Part shown: piece by piece, positions 12,069 through 25,193 of the stretch
Position numbering within the stretch: the stretch's first letter is position 1
Layout of the letters: each line of letters begins with the position of its first letter
Assembly: GCA_013239625.1 (NCBI GenBank)
Contig: MU053556.1
Location: forward strand, 1 to 64,000
Source: Lama guanicoe
Taxonomy: Eukaryota
Direction: 5' to 3'
Length of the DNA: 64,000 bases
Program-made: the position numbers and the translations under genes
The notes under the pieces: model-generated
Databases searched by the model: none
What the model saw: the letters and a program-made list of their open reading frames with translations, nothing else
What the model was told of the DNA's origin: nothing

Positions 12069-12458
12069 CAATGCAGAGTCTCCCAAGAAGAGATTCAGAC
12101 TGAACAGCTTTGTGTCAGACTTTGGAAGGCCGCTGGTGCCCAGGGTGTTCTCTGGCAGCACAATGACGAATCTAGGTCCCTCTTTCACTGCTACGTCATT
12201 GAAGTGGACCACTTGGGCAAGGCCAAAGCTGGTATCTCAACCATTGCCCTTGACAGGGATATTCGGCTCCAGGAAGCCATCAGATGCAGCAGGTGGCCAG
12301 AGGAGGAGCCGAACAGGCTAATGAAATGTGACATCCCCAACTTCATCAACACGGACCAGAACTCTTCCTTTGGGGAAGATGATCTCCTGTTTTTGGACCC
12401 ACCAATTGTTTTAGAAGATAAGCCAGTTGCTCAGACCTCACACAAAGACTTGAATTGA
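12069..12458 (+). pseudogene. Degraded 3'-terminal coding exon of an unidentified gene
   Basis: Strong acceptor ttttattttggttttctttatag at 12068. It reads NAESPKKRFRLNSFVSDFGRPL..., then after one frameshift (~12155) ...ESRSLFHCYVIEVDHLGKAK...EEEPNRLMKCDIPNFINTDQNSSFGEDDLLFLDPPIVLEDKPVAQTSHKDLN*. Protein-like composition; upstream exons not evident. Confidence 0.6.
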
Positions 12459-14264
12459 GAAACGTTCTTTGTCAAGTGTCTTTCTGAAGATGTGAAGTCT
12501 GTCTTTGTATGGCAGGAATTCCCCTTTCACAAAATTGTATGTGTTTGTGTCTGAGAGAGAGAAATGGAGACAGACAGAAAGACGGAGACAGAAGAGAGCC
12601 CCTTCAGAAGAGAGCTGGTTAAGGTGAGTTTTTGTGCCTTTAAAAAACATTTGGGGTTTTGGGGGGAACAAAGTATTTACACTGTCTCATTCTCCTAGTT
12701 GGAGACCTTGGCCCCATACTCATTGTTAGCGGCCTTGAACGGGGGTTGGCACGGTGCCACTTCCACGCTCTGCCTTTAGCACGTTGCTTTGCCTCTCAGG
12801 GCTGCCACCCTTTTAACTGTAAGGAGAGGAGTCTGGAGTAGGTGATCCATCCCAGCTCTGCTGTTTTGCAAATTTCTGATTTCGTATTCGGATGAGGCTG
12901 GGATACACCCAGAGCAGTATAAACCAGGCCCTACCTCCTGCCTATTGCTGGGGCATCCCTCAGGTCTGTGCCTTCTACTCAACCCTTTACTGAGCCCAGC
13001 TTTTGTCAGGAGCCCAAGTGCCTACCGAGATGGCAGGGGACGTCTCTCGTGGTCACGGTGGCCATCGTTTCTGTTGGTTGTGCTGAAACAGCTCTTCTGA
13101 GATCTCCTGGCCACTCTTGCTCAAACCTGAGGACAACCCTGTCATTTCTTTCCTAGGAGGAGGATCAATGCATGGTGCATTTTATGACAATCCTGTCCCC
13201 AGGAATGCACGGAAGGTTATCAGCTGAGTGAGGGGAGGTGCCTCTGTGTCCCTGTATCTCTGTATCTCTGTCTGCTCACAGTGCTCTGCCACCGGCTACT
13301 GAGCAAGAAAAGTGCTTTTCACCATGATGTGTGTTTTGCAGACGTGTAGGTGATGGTCGTGTGGCTCGTGTGCGGGCTTTGAGCTGGGATGTTGAAGGGC
13401 TAATACATACCTCGTCAACATGTATTCGAGGTGGCCTGGTGCCACACAGACTTGATTTATGAAGGCATCAAGCCTGCACACCTGTTTGGAAACAACTTGC
13501 TTTTGATCAGTCACACTGCATGCATGACTCGCTGCTAATCTCTGGGTGTTTTTTTCTTTTTAGATTTATTCACCCAGTGTCTTGCTTAAGCTGAAAAATA
13601 GTTTTATTTCACCAGAATATTCTCTGATTCTTTGTTTTCACACATCCAGTTTTTTAATTCCTTTAAAAATTGTTCTGTGTTTATAATGCCTCCTGATTTC
13701 TATCATTTCTAGTTTCCCTGTGGCCTGAGCCATGCACCAGATTTTATGTAGGAACTGTTCCACCAAAAGGAATCCCCTCGCTATAATATCTTTTGAGGAA
13801 AGTATTATTCTTTAAGACCCTAACACTAATTCGTAGAACAAAGCATGGAACATTTCTTGTAGTTAATACATGTTCATGCAAAAAGAAACTTGATATTTTC
13901 ATTGAAGAATGTTGATTTTAATAACTTTTACTAATGTGAATATTATTATTCATAATTTAAGTAACCAAATAAAACCACAGTTATTTATTATTAAGATTAA
14001 AAACTATTTACATGGTCTCTCAATTAGAAGACTGAAGTGTATTTAAAAATGGAAAAATACCCATGATGACACCATCTTTTTTATTAACTAAATATCAAGA
14101 ACTGTGCAGGGTTATGATTTGACCACCTGCAAGCTGCCAAGTTAGCATGAGGTAGTTTGTGGATGCTGCCAGAAGACAGGACACTCCCCCAGGATCAGAG
14201 ACCAAGGACTTCCTGCCAGCACAGAAGGCAGCCTGTGGTTCATGTTCATGTTGGTTCCTGGGTT

Positions 14265-14710
14265 CCTTTCCTATTGCTGTTGTAACAAAGAACCACAGAC
14301 TCAGTGTCTTAAAGTAACACACATCCATTGTCTCACTCTTCTAGGGTGCAGAAGTGCAAAGTCAATGTCAGTGGGCTAAAACCAACGTGTGGCCAAGGCT
14401 GCGTTCCACACCGAGGCTCTTGGGAGGGATTCATCTTCCTACCTTTCCCAGCTTGCATAGGTGCTCATACTCCTTGGCCCAGGGCCCTGTGTCACTGTGA
14501 CTTCTGCTGCCACTTCACATGTCTGTCTCTGACCAATGTGCCTCTCTCCACTAAGGACCTCTGTGATGACGTTTGCTTTCCCACAGTGATCTGCTATCCC
14601 AAGGTACTTGACAGTCACACCTGCAGAGTCCCTTTTGCCATGCACTGTGACATATTCCCAGGTTCTAGGGATCAGACCTTGGACATATTGGGGGCCATTA
14701 TTCTACCAAG
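14265..14710 (-). mobile_element. MaLR (MLT1-type) LTR
   Basis: cctattgctgttgtaacaaagaaccacagactcagtgtcttaaag...ggacatattgggggccattattctacc, typical MLT1 reverse-strand pattern. Confidence 0.7.
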
Positions 14711-15109
14711 TTCTTCCCTTTGGCCCCACTGGTTCTTGTCCATCCCACATGCAGTATGCACCCACGTCATCCCAGCACCCTCCAGAGTCTCATTTACTAC
14801 ACCATCAACTCAAAGTCCAACATGTAGTCTAACTATTATCAGCTCAAAAGCCTAAATATTTTCATCCTCATCGCCTAAGTCAGGCATGATTGAGACCCTG
14901 GGTGTGATCTTCTCTGCTCAAAATCCTGCAATGGCTTCTCATTTCACACAGTGAAGAAGCGAGAGTACTTATGGTGACTTACAGCTTTCCTCCCCCTCCT
15001 CAAGCTGAGCTCATCTCCGGTTTTCTCCCTGGCTCACTCCGCTCCAGCCACACTGGCCTCCCTGCTGGCCCTTGGGGACATCAGACATGCACCCACAGGC
15101 TTGTTGCCT

Positions 15110-15510
15110 TGGTCGGTCTCTGTCCAACTCATATGCTGAAGTCCTAACCGCCAGGACTACAGAACATGACCCCATTTGGTAATAGGGTTGTTGCAGATGT
15201 CATTGGTTAAGAAGAGGTCATTAGGGTGGGCCTTAATCCAGTATGACTTGTGTCCTGATAAAAAGGGGCAATGTGGACACAGAGACACGTGTACATGGGA
15301 GTTGACGGGTTGAGATGTGGAGAGAAGACGGTCGTCTCCCAGCCAAGGAGAGAGGCCTGGACCAGCCTCTCCCTCCCAGCCCTCAGGAGGAACCAGCCCT
15401 GCTGACACCCTGCCTGCAGACTCCCCGCCCCCAGGGCTGTGAGACCGTGAGCCTCTGTGGTTCACGTCACCCAGCGTGCGGTGCTGTGTTAGAGGGAGCT
15501 CAGCAACTAG
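15110..15510 (+). mobile_element. MaLR (MLT1B/C-type) LTR
   Basis: catatgctgaagtcctaacc...aatagggttgttgcagatgt...agggtgggccttaatccagtatgact... Confidence 0.7.
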
Positions 15511-15688
15511 CACCCCCTTCTCAAGGTCCTCAGTGAGGCCAGCTCTGGCCATCTCATTTTAAACTGGAAACTGCCTTCCCCTTGTCTCTGCCCCAGAAAC
15601 CCCCTCTCCCTGATCATATTATTTCTATCACCTTCTAGAATACCATATATTTCACATGACTGTCACGACTGTAATTTATGTTCTGCTC

Positions 15689-15820
15689 NNNNNNNNNNNN
15701 NNNNNNNNNNNNNNNNNNNNNNNNNNNNNNNNNNNNNNNNNNNNNNNNNNNNNNNNNNNNNNNNNNNNNNNNNNNNNNNNNNNNNNNNNNNNNNNNNNNN
15801 NNNNNNNNNNNNNNNNNNNN
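15689..15820. other. Assembly gap (N run)
   Basis: 132 N. Confidence 0.99.
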
Positions 15821-16377
15821 TGAGTGAACGTCCGGGGATTGAGTGTTTCGCTCAGGCACAGAGCTGGTAAGTGTCAGGCCAAGGTGGGTTTCAGGTACCT
15901 ATGAACCTGAGGGAGGCTTGAGTGATAACATTTCCATTGATTAGTATTTCTCAGGTGTCTCTTTTTCTGGCTCTAACTTTTGACCTCTTTCTGTTATTCT
16001 TCTAAGCTTTCAACCAGTTTTAAGTTTTAATTTTGCTTTGTCTCAGGTAAACAAATGAAATCTGTAAATCTTTTAACTCATTATTTATTTCATCTAAATA
16101 CATTGTGATTAGTGATGATGTTTTATTTCTGGCATCTTGTTTTGTGACTTCTATTTGCTTTGCTCTGCTTTTCTCCTACCTGTTATATACCTTGCAGTCA
16201 TGGTTAGGAGCATGGCGTCTAGAGACAGCCTATCCGGGCTTGGTTCCCTCCCTTGCTAACCATGTAACCAGGATATGTAATCCGTTTGAGACTCACTTTC
16301 TTCGTATACAAAAAGTGGTACTATCCACCTCAAAGACTGTGAGCAGTAAGTGATAAAATAGATGAACTTAGAATAGT

Positions 16378-17348
16378 GACCGGCCTATTTTGCATTCTTC
16401 ATTTTGACTCCTTTATTTTTATTCTCTTTTTAAACAATTACTTTAGAGATTTCTGTTGAATTTTAATGAACACCCTAGATATTGAAGATTAAAATTTACT
16501 TAACCCATACATTGAATTTTATATACCAAATGATATCTGTATTTTGTTTCCATAAGTTCTGTTTAGTTCTCTAAAAAATTGATCTGTTTTCTTTTTCATG
16601 ATGTCCTGATTGTTCATTACGCTATATAAGATTCATTTTATCTTTTAATGATTCAGTCATACTTATTTTATGCTCTCTCTTATATTTTGCCATAATTTTA
16701 GGCTCTGGAATATTAATCATCCTGTGTTTTACAGTTAGCTCTTTCTTCCCTGTGGCACTTATTTCCTTCTGGTTTTAGTTGAGTGTCTGTGTGTGTGTAG
16801 AGTTGTGGGAGTTTCTCTATAGTGAGTACAAATTTTTTCCTATGATTGTGCCTTACATCCTGAGACCGGCCTATTTTGCATTCTTCATTTTGACTCCTTT
16901 ATTTTTATTCTCTTTTTAAACAATTACTTTAGAGATTTCTGTTGAATTTTAATGAACACCCTAGATATTGAAGATTAAAATTTACTTAACCCATACATTG
17001 AATTTTATATACCAAATGATATCTGTATTTTGTTTCCATAAGTTCTGTTTAGTTCTCTAAAAAATTGATCTGTTTTCTTTTTCATGATGTCCTGATTGTT
17101 CATTACGCTATATAAGATTCATTTTATCTTTTAATGATTCAGTCATACTTATTTTATGCTCTCTCTTATATTTTGCCATAATTTTAGGCTCTGGAATATT
17201 AATCATCCTGTGTTTTACAGTTAGCTCTTTCTTCCCTGTGGCACTTATTTCCTTCTGGTTTTAGTTGAGTGTCTGTGTGTGTGTAGAGTTGTGGGAGTTT
17301 CTGTATAGTGAGTACAATTTTTTTCCTATGATTGTGCCTTACATCCTG
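16378..17348. repeat. Near-identical tandem duplication, period 486 bp
   Basis: Copy 1 16378-16862, copy 2 16864-17348 (gaccggcctattttgc...ccttacatcctg); only ~2 differences seen (ctctatag/ctgtatag; tacaaattt/tacaatttt). Confidence 0.95.
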
Positions 17349-18334
17349 GTTTTTAAAGTTTCCCTAGAGAACTATTTTGTGTTGCTTATCCTAAGGCTCC
17401 AGGTGATATGATCAACTTTGAATTATTGTATTTTTTGGTTTGGGAATTCCGGAATCTTAAGTTGAGTATCAATTTGGATTCCACATTCATATAAAGCAGG
17501 GTCGTGGAGATTAGATTTTTTTTAAGGGAGACTTTGTTTTTCCCTAGAGAACCGGTTGTTTCACCCCTTTCCTGTGTGCACATGTGGAGAACTTTGAGTC
17601 TCCCTTTCAGTGAAGAGGCAAGTCTTCCAATACGTCTTATGCAGAGGTTTCTATAAAGGAAGACTCTTCTACATCTGGTATGGACCCTTTTCCCTAAATG
17701 GACATTGTATCCCTATTTATGTGCAGATGAAAACCCCTTCCCTCCAGGGTGCGGTGGCATCAGCTCACAAGATTACCATTTTGGCGTTAAGTGTCCTCTT
17801 TGTATTGTCACCTGGGAACTTCTCTCTCCACAGTAAGCTCTGTGTTACTTTTGTTGTTGTATTTTATCTGGCATTACTGAAAGTTTTACTTCAAAGGGAT
17901 CCTAATTAGCTCTGTTTACCTGTTTCCAGAGCTGAAAGCTTCAGTTCTAGAGTATCTGTTTGATTTTTCTTAAAAATACATTCCATTATATTTCTCTGGG
18001 GAAAGTCTTGTCCCTGTTATCTATTCTCCCATCATTTCCTTATTTTCTTGAATATATTAAAAGTATTTTATAGCCTCTATTGGTAACTCTGATGCTTACA
18101 TCACCTGGGGGTTTGCATCCATTGTCTAACGTTTCTTATTCTCATTTTATCCATCATATAGTCTTGACATGTTGCATGTCTAGAAATTCTTTATTACATG
18201 GCAGACATTGCAAATGAAAAATCCATATCTTATCTTCCGTGAGAGGTTTTCTACCTTCCCGTTAGGCAGACAGGGTGAGGGACTGATCATCTCACTCCAA
18301 TCAGGCCCTGAGTTGTGTCAGGACAGAAGTGCCT

Positions 18335-19900
18335 TTTTTCTAAAGACAGCTTTGAGGTATACTTGGCAAAATAATTTTCACACATTTAAAGTGTACAACT
18401 TAATATGTTTTAACATAAGTATATCACCAAGAAACCATGACCATATTCAAGACAGTGAACATACCCATCACCCACAAAACTCTTCTCCTGCATTTTGTTG
18501 TCCCTCCCTCGCTCCCCATCTATTCCCCTGGAAACCATTGATCTGGTTTCTATCACAACATAGTGGATTGCATTTTCAAGATCATTGTATGAATGGATTC
18601 ATGCAGTATCTACTCTATGTTGTCTGACTTCTTTCATTTAGTGTAATTATTTTGAGAGTCATCTGTGTTGCTGTATTAATAGCTTATTTTTCTTTTAGCA
18701 GAGTATTGCTTAGTTCTGAGTTTTTCCTGAATAGTTTATTGTGAGCAGTGTTTGGATAGACCATCCTTTGTTTCTCCATTTACTTCTTGATGGATGCATG
18801 GGTTATTTATAACTTGAGCTATTATAAATGATATTGTAGTGAATATTTGGTTACAAGTCTTTGTATGGACATATGCTTTTCTTTTCTAAAGCATCAGATG
18901 AGGAATGTCTGGGTTATATGGTAGATAGGTGTTTACCTTTTTTAAAGAAACTGTTAAACAGTTTTCCAAAATGGTTGTGCTACTGTAAATTCCTCGTGGT
19001 GTGTATCAGTTCTGGTTGCTCTATTTCCTTGCCAGCACTTTGTAAGGTCGGTCTTTCTAATCGTATACATTCTAGTAGGTATGTGTACTAGTATCTCACT
19101 GTGGTTTTTAAAAACATTTCTCTAATGACTAATGGCATCTTTAATCAGCATCTTTTCATATGCTTATTATCCATCTGGATATCTTTACTGAAGTGTGTTT
19201 TCTGGCCTCATTCATTCATTCAGGTGTTTACATTATTATTGTGTTTTGAAACCTTTTTATTCTGGATCAGACACAAAGAGAGACACTTACCAGATATATG
19301 ATCTGCAAATAGCTTCTGTCTATGGCTTGTCTTTTCATTTGCTTCACAGTGCTTAGAAGAGCTTTGAAGAGTCTTCATTTTTGTAAAGTTCACTCTATCA
19401 GTTAATTTTTAAAATAGATTATACTTCCGGTGTCATAGCAAAGAAATATTTGCCAAACCCAAGGTCATAAAGCTTAACCCTATGCTTTTTCTCCTAGCTG
19501 TTTCATAGGTTAAGATTTCCTATTAAGATCTACGATCCACTTTAATTATTGTATATTTTGTGAAGTGTGGATCAAAGTCCATTTTTTTTTTGCATATCAC
19601 TATCTAACAATTCCAGCACTACTTGTTGAAAAGATCCTTTTCTCCACTGCATCCTTTTTGAGAATCAATTGTCTATATAAGTGTTGGTTTAGTTCTGAAC
19701 TTTCTATTCTGTTTCATTATTTTATTTTCCTGTTTTACAACAACACCATACATTCTGATTACTGTAGCTTTATAAAAAAAGTCTGAAAATCAGATAGTGT
19801 AAGCCTTCCAACTTTGTTTTTCTTGTTCAAAGTTGTTTTGGATATTTGGGATCCTTTGCATTTTTATATGAATCTTAGAATCAGTTTTTAAAATCCTTAC
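18335..19900 (-). mobile_element. Old L1 3'-end/ORF2 fragment (L1M-type)
   Basis: cagctttgaggtatacttggc...tttaaagtgtacaact...; ccttccaactttgtttttcttgttcaaagttgttttgg, characteristic antisense L1. Confidence 0.8.
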
Positions 19901-21574
19901 ATCCTTTTCTGCCAGAATTCCACCCATGTCTTTGGCCATCTCCAAAGCCACATTTTCTGAAGAAGTCTCTCTAGATCCCAGGTGAAAGGAATTTCTCTTT
20001 CATCTGTGCTCCATTTACATTTCATAATATTTGATTACATTTATTCATATTTGGCTGTATGTACTTGTCTGATCTTTCCTGCCATATAGTAAACCTCTCA
20101 AGATTAGGAATCTTGACTTGGTTCCCTATGTCTGCTGAGAAAACTAGTTCTATGCTTTGCAGGAGTGAGCCCTGTAGTAAGAGGTATCTGCAGCACACAT
20201 CCAGCTCATTGCTTGCATATTGTCAAGGAATCCTGCAGATTTAGAATTGTTTATTGATTGTTGTCTCCAAGACGGCTCAGTCTTTTTTATTTCTATTACT
20301 ACTCCTGCAGTTTCAAAGAACAATGGGCTAATTATTTTCCAAATATCAAAACGTAGTGTAATTGAGTTGTGATGCAAATTATGAGCTGCTGTGTCTTAAA
20401 ACCTGCTTAGTGTTCACAGGCTCCTTCACTCATGGAACTTTTGGGAGAATGACATATCCTTAGAGATAGCACTGCTGACTTTGGCGACCTGAGCAGCAGT
20501 ATCTGAACTCACTCCTCCTGTATTTCCAGTGTCCCGTCTAGCCCTCCTCCAGCCCTCCATGGGGGGACCTGCAGTTCTGCCCTCGAAAAGCCTGTTGCTT
20601 CTCAGGAAGACTTCCCTATGAAACATAATCATATCCTTCTTGTGGTGACATTCAGTCCAGTGACCTGACAGCAGGGGAAAATGTTTAGTCTGCTCTTAGT
20701 AGAGCCTAAACTCTTCCATACTTATTAGAAGCAAATCCAATGAGGGAACTGTGTTGGCATCTAACAAATCAGCATAAATGTCTGATGAGGAAGATCAGCT
20801 TCCCCATCCGACTCAGGCGTCATGTTGATGTGACACTCACCTTGGCTAACATTTTCTCCTGTGTGCAACGTAAGTTTCAAGGCATATGAATGGCTTTTTG
20901 TTTTTCTTCCTTGGTCTTTCCACATTCACTGTGTCTGGTGAGATTATATGAATCCTGATTATTTTCAAACCAGCGCTTACCCTTTTTAAAGGATCACGTG
21001 TTTGAAAGGCTAGTGGACAATTGGTTAGAAGATAGAAATCCTTAGATTTTGGTGCTAGAGTTGAATCTTGGTTAGGGGTGAATGAAAATTCCCATTAAAA
21101 TTTTAAATTCAGTGTTACAAAGTTTTAAAAATAGTTAAATATTAGTCAATTTCATTAAACACTTTAGCAGTTATTTAGTTTTAAGCCTGTTTCTGGGGCA
21201 ATTTTGCAATGATTCCCTCCCTTTATTGATTCCCTCTTTATCAGAATCCTTGAGAGGCCCCTGTCATCACTGTCAGTATCATCATCATCATCATCATCAT
21301 GGAACTGATTCCTCTGGAAGATTCTAGGAAAATAAAGAGATGGGTGGGGTTATGTGTAGGTCAGTGTGTGCATATACAATAAGAACAGTTATCAGACATT
21401 AGATGCAAGATATCCATTTTATTTGGAGAAGAATGTGGTCATGAATTCCTGATGTGGTGAGTGAAGGAAGCAGTGGGAACATGATAGTCAATGGAAAGGA
21501 GGAGGAAGTAAGTGAAATGGGGAGCATAGATCCTTGGCTAGGCGATCATCAAATTGGTGTGAATGAGGGTAGAG

Positions 21575-22333
21575 TGGTGGCAGAATCATGTTCCTCCCCC
21601 GCCACATGTTGGCCAACTGTGACATGTTACTGTACATGGCAAAAAGGATGACAGATATATTTGGAGAAAAATCTTAGAGGATTTCTGTCTTCTAAATTGT
21701 CTATTAGCCTTTTAAACCCATGGTACATTATTAAAGATTAGTGGAGGGCCACAAATAAAAAGGATTCATATAATCTCACCACACATACTGAATGAAGACT
21801 AAGGAAGAAAAACAAAAAGTCATTCATAAGTGCCTTGAACCTTAAATTGCTCATGAGAGGAAATGTCACACAAGGTGAGTGTCACAGCCACATACATAAT
21901 GCCTGAATGCGAGGGGAGAAGGGGATCCTGAGATGAGACAATAGGGTGAGTAGCCTGGATTGTCCAGGTGGGCCGAATGTAATCACAGGGGTCCTTAAAA
22001 TGGAGGACATAGCCCAGCTGAGTTTAAAATCAGAGGGAGGTGTAGCCATGGAGCAGTGTTCATAAAGGCTGCTGGCCATGAAAATGGAAGAAGTCATGGG
22101 GCACAAGCTAAGGAAGGTGGGTGACCTCTGGAAACTGGAAAGAAAAAACAAAAACAAGGAAATATTCTCCTCTAGATCCTCTGGAAGGAAGGAACCCTAC
22201 TGGTAACTTGAATTTAGCTCAATGAGAACTGTGTTGGATCTCTGACCTCCACAGCCATAAGGTGATAAATCTGTGCTGGTTTAAGCTGTTAAGCTTATGG
22301 AAGTTTGTTACAGTGGTAATAGAAAAATAACAC
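21575..22333 (+). mobile_element. MaLR (MLT1D-type) LTR, interrupted
   Basis: acatggcaaaaagg...ggattgtccaggtgggccgaatgtaatcacaggggtccttaaaa...gtttgttacagtggtaatagaaaaataacaca. Confidence 0.65.
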
Positions 22334-22654
22334 AGTGAGCGGTAGTGTAAGGGATTAAAGTTCTAGGCTGGGGTGTGGAGAGGATTCTGACATTTACACC
22401 TAAAAAACAACCAGGTTCAGTGGGAAGGTGTTTTAAGGAAGACCTACCTGGTAGGGCTGTTAAGAGGACTGTTTGGTGTGAGGAGAGCATTGGAGTAGAG
22501 GAATCAATTAAATCTCTACCAGAAAAATAAGGAATAAAATATAACAGGGCTTCAGTATTAGTGGATGCAGGAATGGAAATGGGCAGAGAGATATAAACAT
22601 TACTTTGAAATTAGCTACAGGTTTGATGATTGCATGTTGGGGAGAGTTAGCCAA

Positions 22655-23004
22655 TGTGTGGACTGAATGTTTGCATCCCCTCAAAACCCATATGTCGAAA
22701 CCCCATCTCCCAGGGTGATGGTATTGGGAGGCGGGGCCTTTGGATGGTGATTACTAGGATAAAATGAGGTCATGAGAGTAGAGTCCTCATGAATGGGATT
22801 AGTGCCCTTATAAAGGGTCCCAGATTGCTTGCTTCTCTCTGCTCTGGCCCATGAAGATAGTGGGAAGACAGCCATCTTCGAGCCATGAAGGCTATCCTCT
22901 CCCAGATACATTGACCTCAGCCTCCAAAACTTAAGGACCATGCTGGTTGTTTAAGCCACCCGACCCATGGTAATTTGTTACAGCATCCCAGACTGACGAA
23001 GACA
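22655..23004 (+). mobile_element. MaLR (MLT1A-type) LTR
   Basis: tgtgtggactgaatgtttgcatcccctcaaaacccatatgtcgaaacc...aatttgttacagcatcccagactgacgaagaca. Confidence 0.75.
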
Positions 23005-24005
23005 GTGGAGAATGCCTCTGAGTTTGGCACTGATTGCCTGGAGAATGCTGAAACCCAGGGAAGTGGGCAGCACAGACGCTTACTCATTTAACCCTGGCAA
23101 CACGGTACGAGATAGAGTCTACATATTCCTCGCTATTTAAAAGGGAAGGAAAAAGAGGCACAAATAACAACAACAACAACAACAACAGCAATAATTTTTC
23201 CAAGATTCACACAGACCCCCCTGGAGGCAGAGTGAGAATTTATACTCAGGCAGGCTGGCCCCAGAGCCCCTGCTCATAACTACTAAGTCAGATCACCTTG
23301 CTTATGTGGATCAATTTATTTCAAGTGTGATATGAGGTTACTGTGTCCAGTAACTTATAATTTCAAAATAACTCACTGTAAGGGAATCATTAGTCGCAGG
23401 CATTGCAAACCACAGAAAGCTAGACATACAAAAATAACTCGTTAGGGCAAGATAACCAATAATGTTTTTAAATATTATACTTGCTGAACCTTTGCAATAA
23501 AATGTGTATTTATAATTCTGTCTGGCTACAGAATAACTTCATAATCCTGAATGTGGCTGGTGGCTCCCATGGTGGACAGCACGGGCCTAGAGAATTTAAG
23601 TGACTTGTCCAGTCTCGCCCAGGAAGCTCGTGGTGGGATCAGAGCTATAGGCTGGGAGTTTTCCTTCCTATCCAACAAGTCCCTCATGGAGGCTTAGAAG
23701 CTTCTCCTTTGGTGCCCAGCTGTCTATCCGTACTTATGACATCTTGTCAGGTGTCCCAGCCTGCTCCTGAACAACAGTCAGTAACCACTTCTGATCTTTT
23801 CTGGCCAGGTAATACATTCTAGCAACTTCCATTGACTTCTTGGCATCAGTTCTTACCTGGAAGGGTAGTGCCTAGAGATGCAAATGTGTCCACATGACAG
23901 GGTTTTCATAAACATAGCAGGAGTTGTCAAGAGAAGAAAACGTCAGGAAGACGAGTGGAAGCAGGTCATTTAATATACCAAATGGGTACTTTCAATGTAT
24001 TTTTG

Positions 24006-24515
24006 TGTTTCCAAGTCCAGACTTGTTCTGTTCGTGCATTACAGGCCAATAAATCGGGAGACCAGGTCTTGGGGCAAGAAATAGCGACTTTAATTTGGAA
24101 ATCCAGCTGAGAAGATGGAAGTCTAATGTCCTGGAAAGCCATCTCCCCAAGTCAGAATTCAGGCTCTTTTTATATTAAAAAGGGGAAGCAGGAATGCTTG
24201 GTTGTTGCAAACTTGGTTTATGAATTCTTTGTTGTTAGAATCTTTTGTTCTTGCAGCTCTTCACCAGGGTCAGATCCGTGTAAGCCTCCAACAGACAAAT
24301 GTTATTTTCTATTCTGTAACTTGTTATCTTTATATGAGTGGGAAAGTTTAAAGTCAGAGCCTTGAGAATAGGGTCTCCTGTATATTTCAGGCTCTAGGCA
24401 ACATTGTTTTACAAAAGGTGCAGAACCAACAAGACTAAACCTAGGAAACAGGGCACAGGGTTAAAGTCAAAAGAACAGATCTAATACGGAGTCAGACTTG
24501 TTCTTTCTTATTTCA
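24006..24515 (-). mobile_element. Solo LTR (ERV class I-like family, copy 1)
   Basis: TG...CA ends; clearly homologous to 25194-25677 (opposite orientation) and 56631-57171 (caggccaataaatc, ccccaagtcagaattcag, acaaaaggtgcaga, aaacagggcacagg). Confidence 0.8.
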
Positions 24516-25193
24516 GTAGTGCCATGGAGAAGGCACTTCGGGCAGCTTGTTGTAGGGTCCTGGAGGCTTTCTCTCTCAGCCTCTGGGCGCCTATATTGTA
24601 AACCCTTCATAGCTGTCTGGCCTGCTGGAAAACCACTCCAACTGTTTTGCCCGGAAGATGTGTTCTGTTTATAACTCATCTCTACACCTTGGAAAACAAC
24701 TCAAGAAAAACTCAGTTGGTTTTCCACCAGCCCTGGGCAGGGGTGAGGGATAGCATGTTATTATTTTATAAAATAAAAATTAAAATTAAAAAAATAATAA
24801 AAATAATAAAAGAAGTCTTAAAACAGGACTGGGCACATAGGAGAGAGTCAATAAATGTTTCCTGGCTTAAATTAAAAGTGATGGCTCAGTGATTCCATGG
24901 CTGCTGTATTTGCTGTGCTAGTTACTCCTTTGCTCCATACAATTTTTTTTAACTGAAAAAGAAATATATGCATATGGTTTAAAAAATTCAAACAGAGCAC
25001 AAAAATACACAAGTGAACGAAGTTTTCCCTCATCCTCTGTCCTTTCAGCCCTAACTGGAGATGCCACTGTGTATTTTCCTTTGTGTGCTTTTCCAGATAT
25101 GCTATGCACAGTCCCACCTATGTATGTAAGTTCCTTAAACTCTTATTTATTTTTAACTTAAAGGGTTTTAAATCCTCAAGTGCCTTCTGCCCG

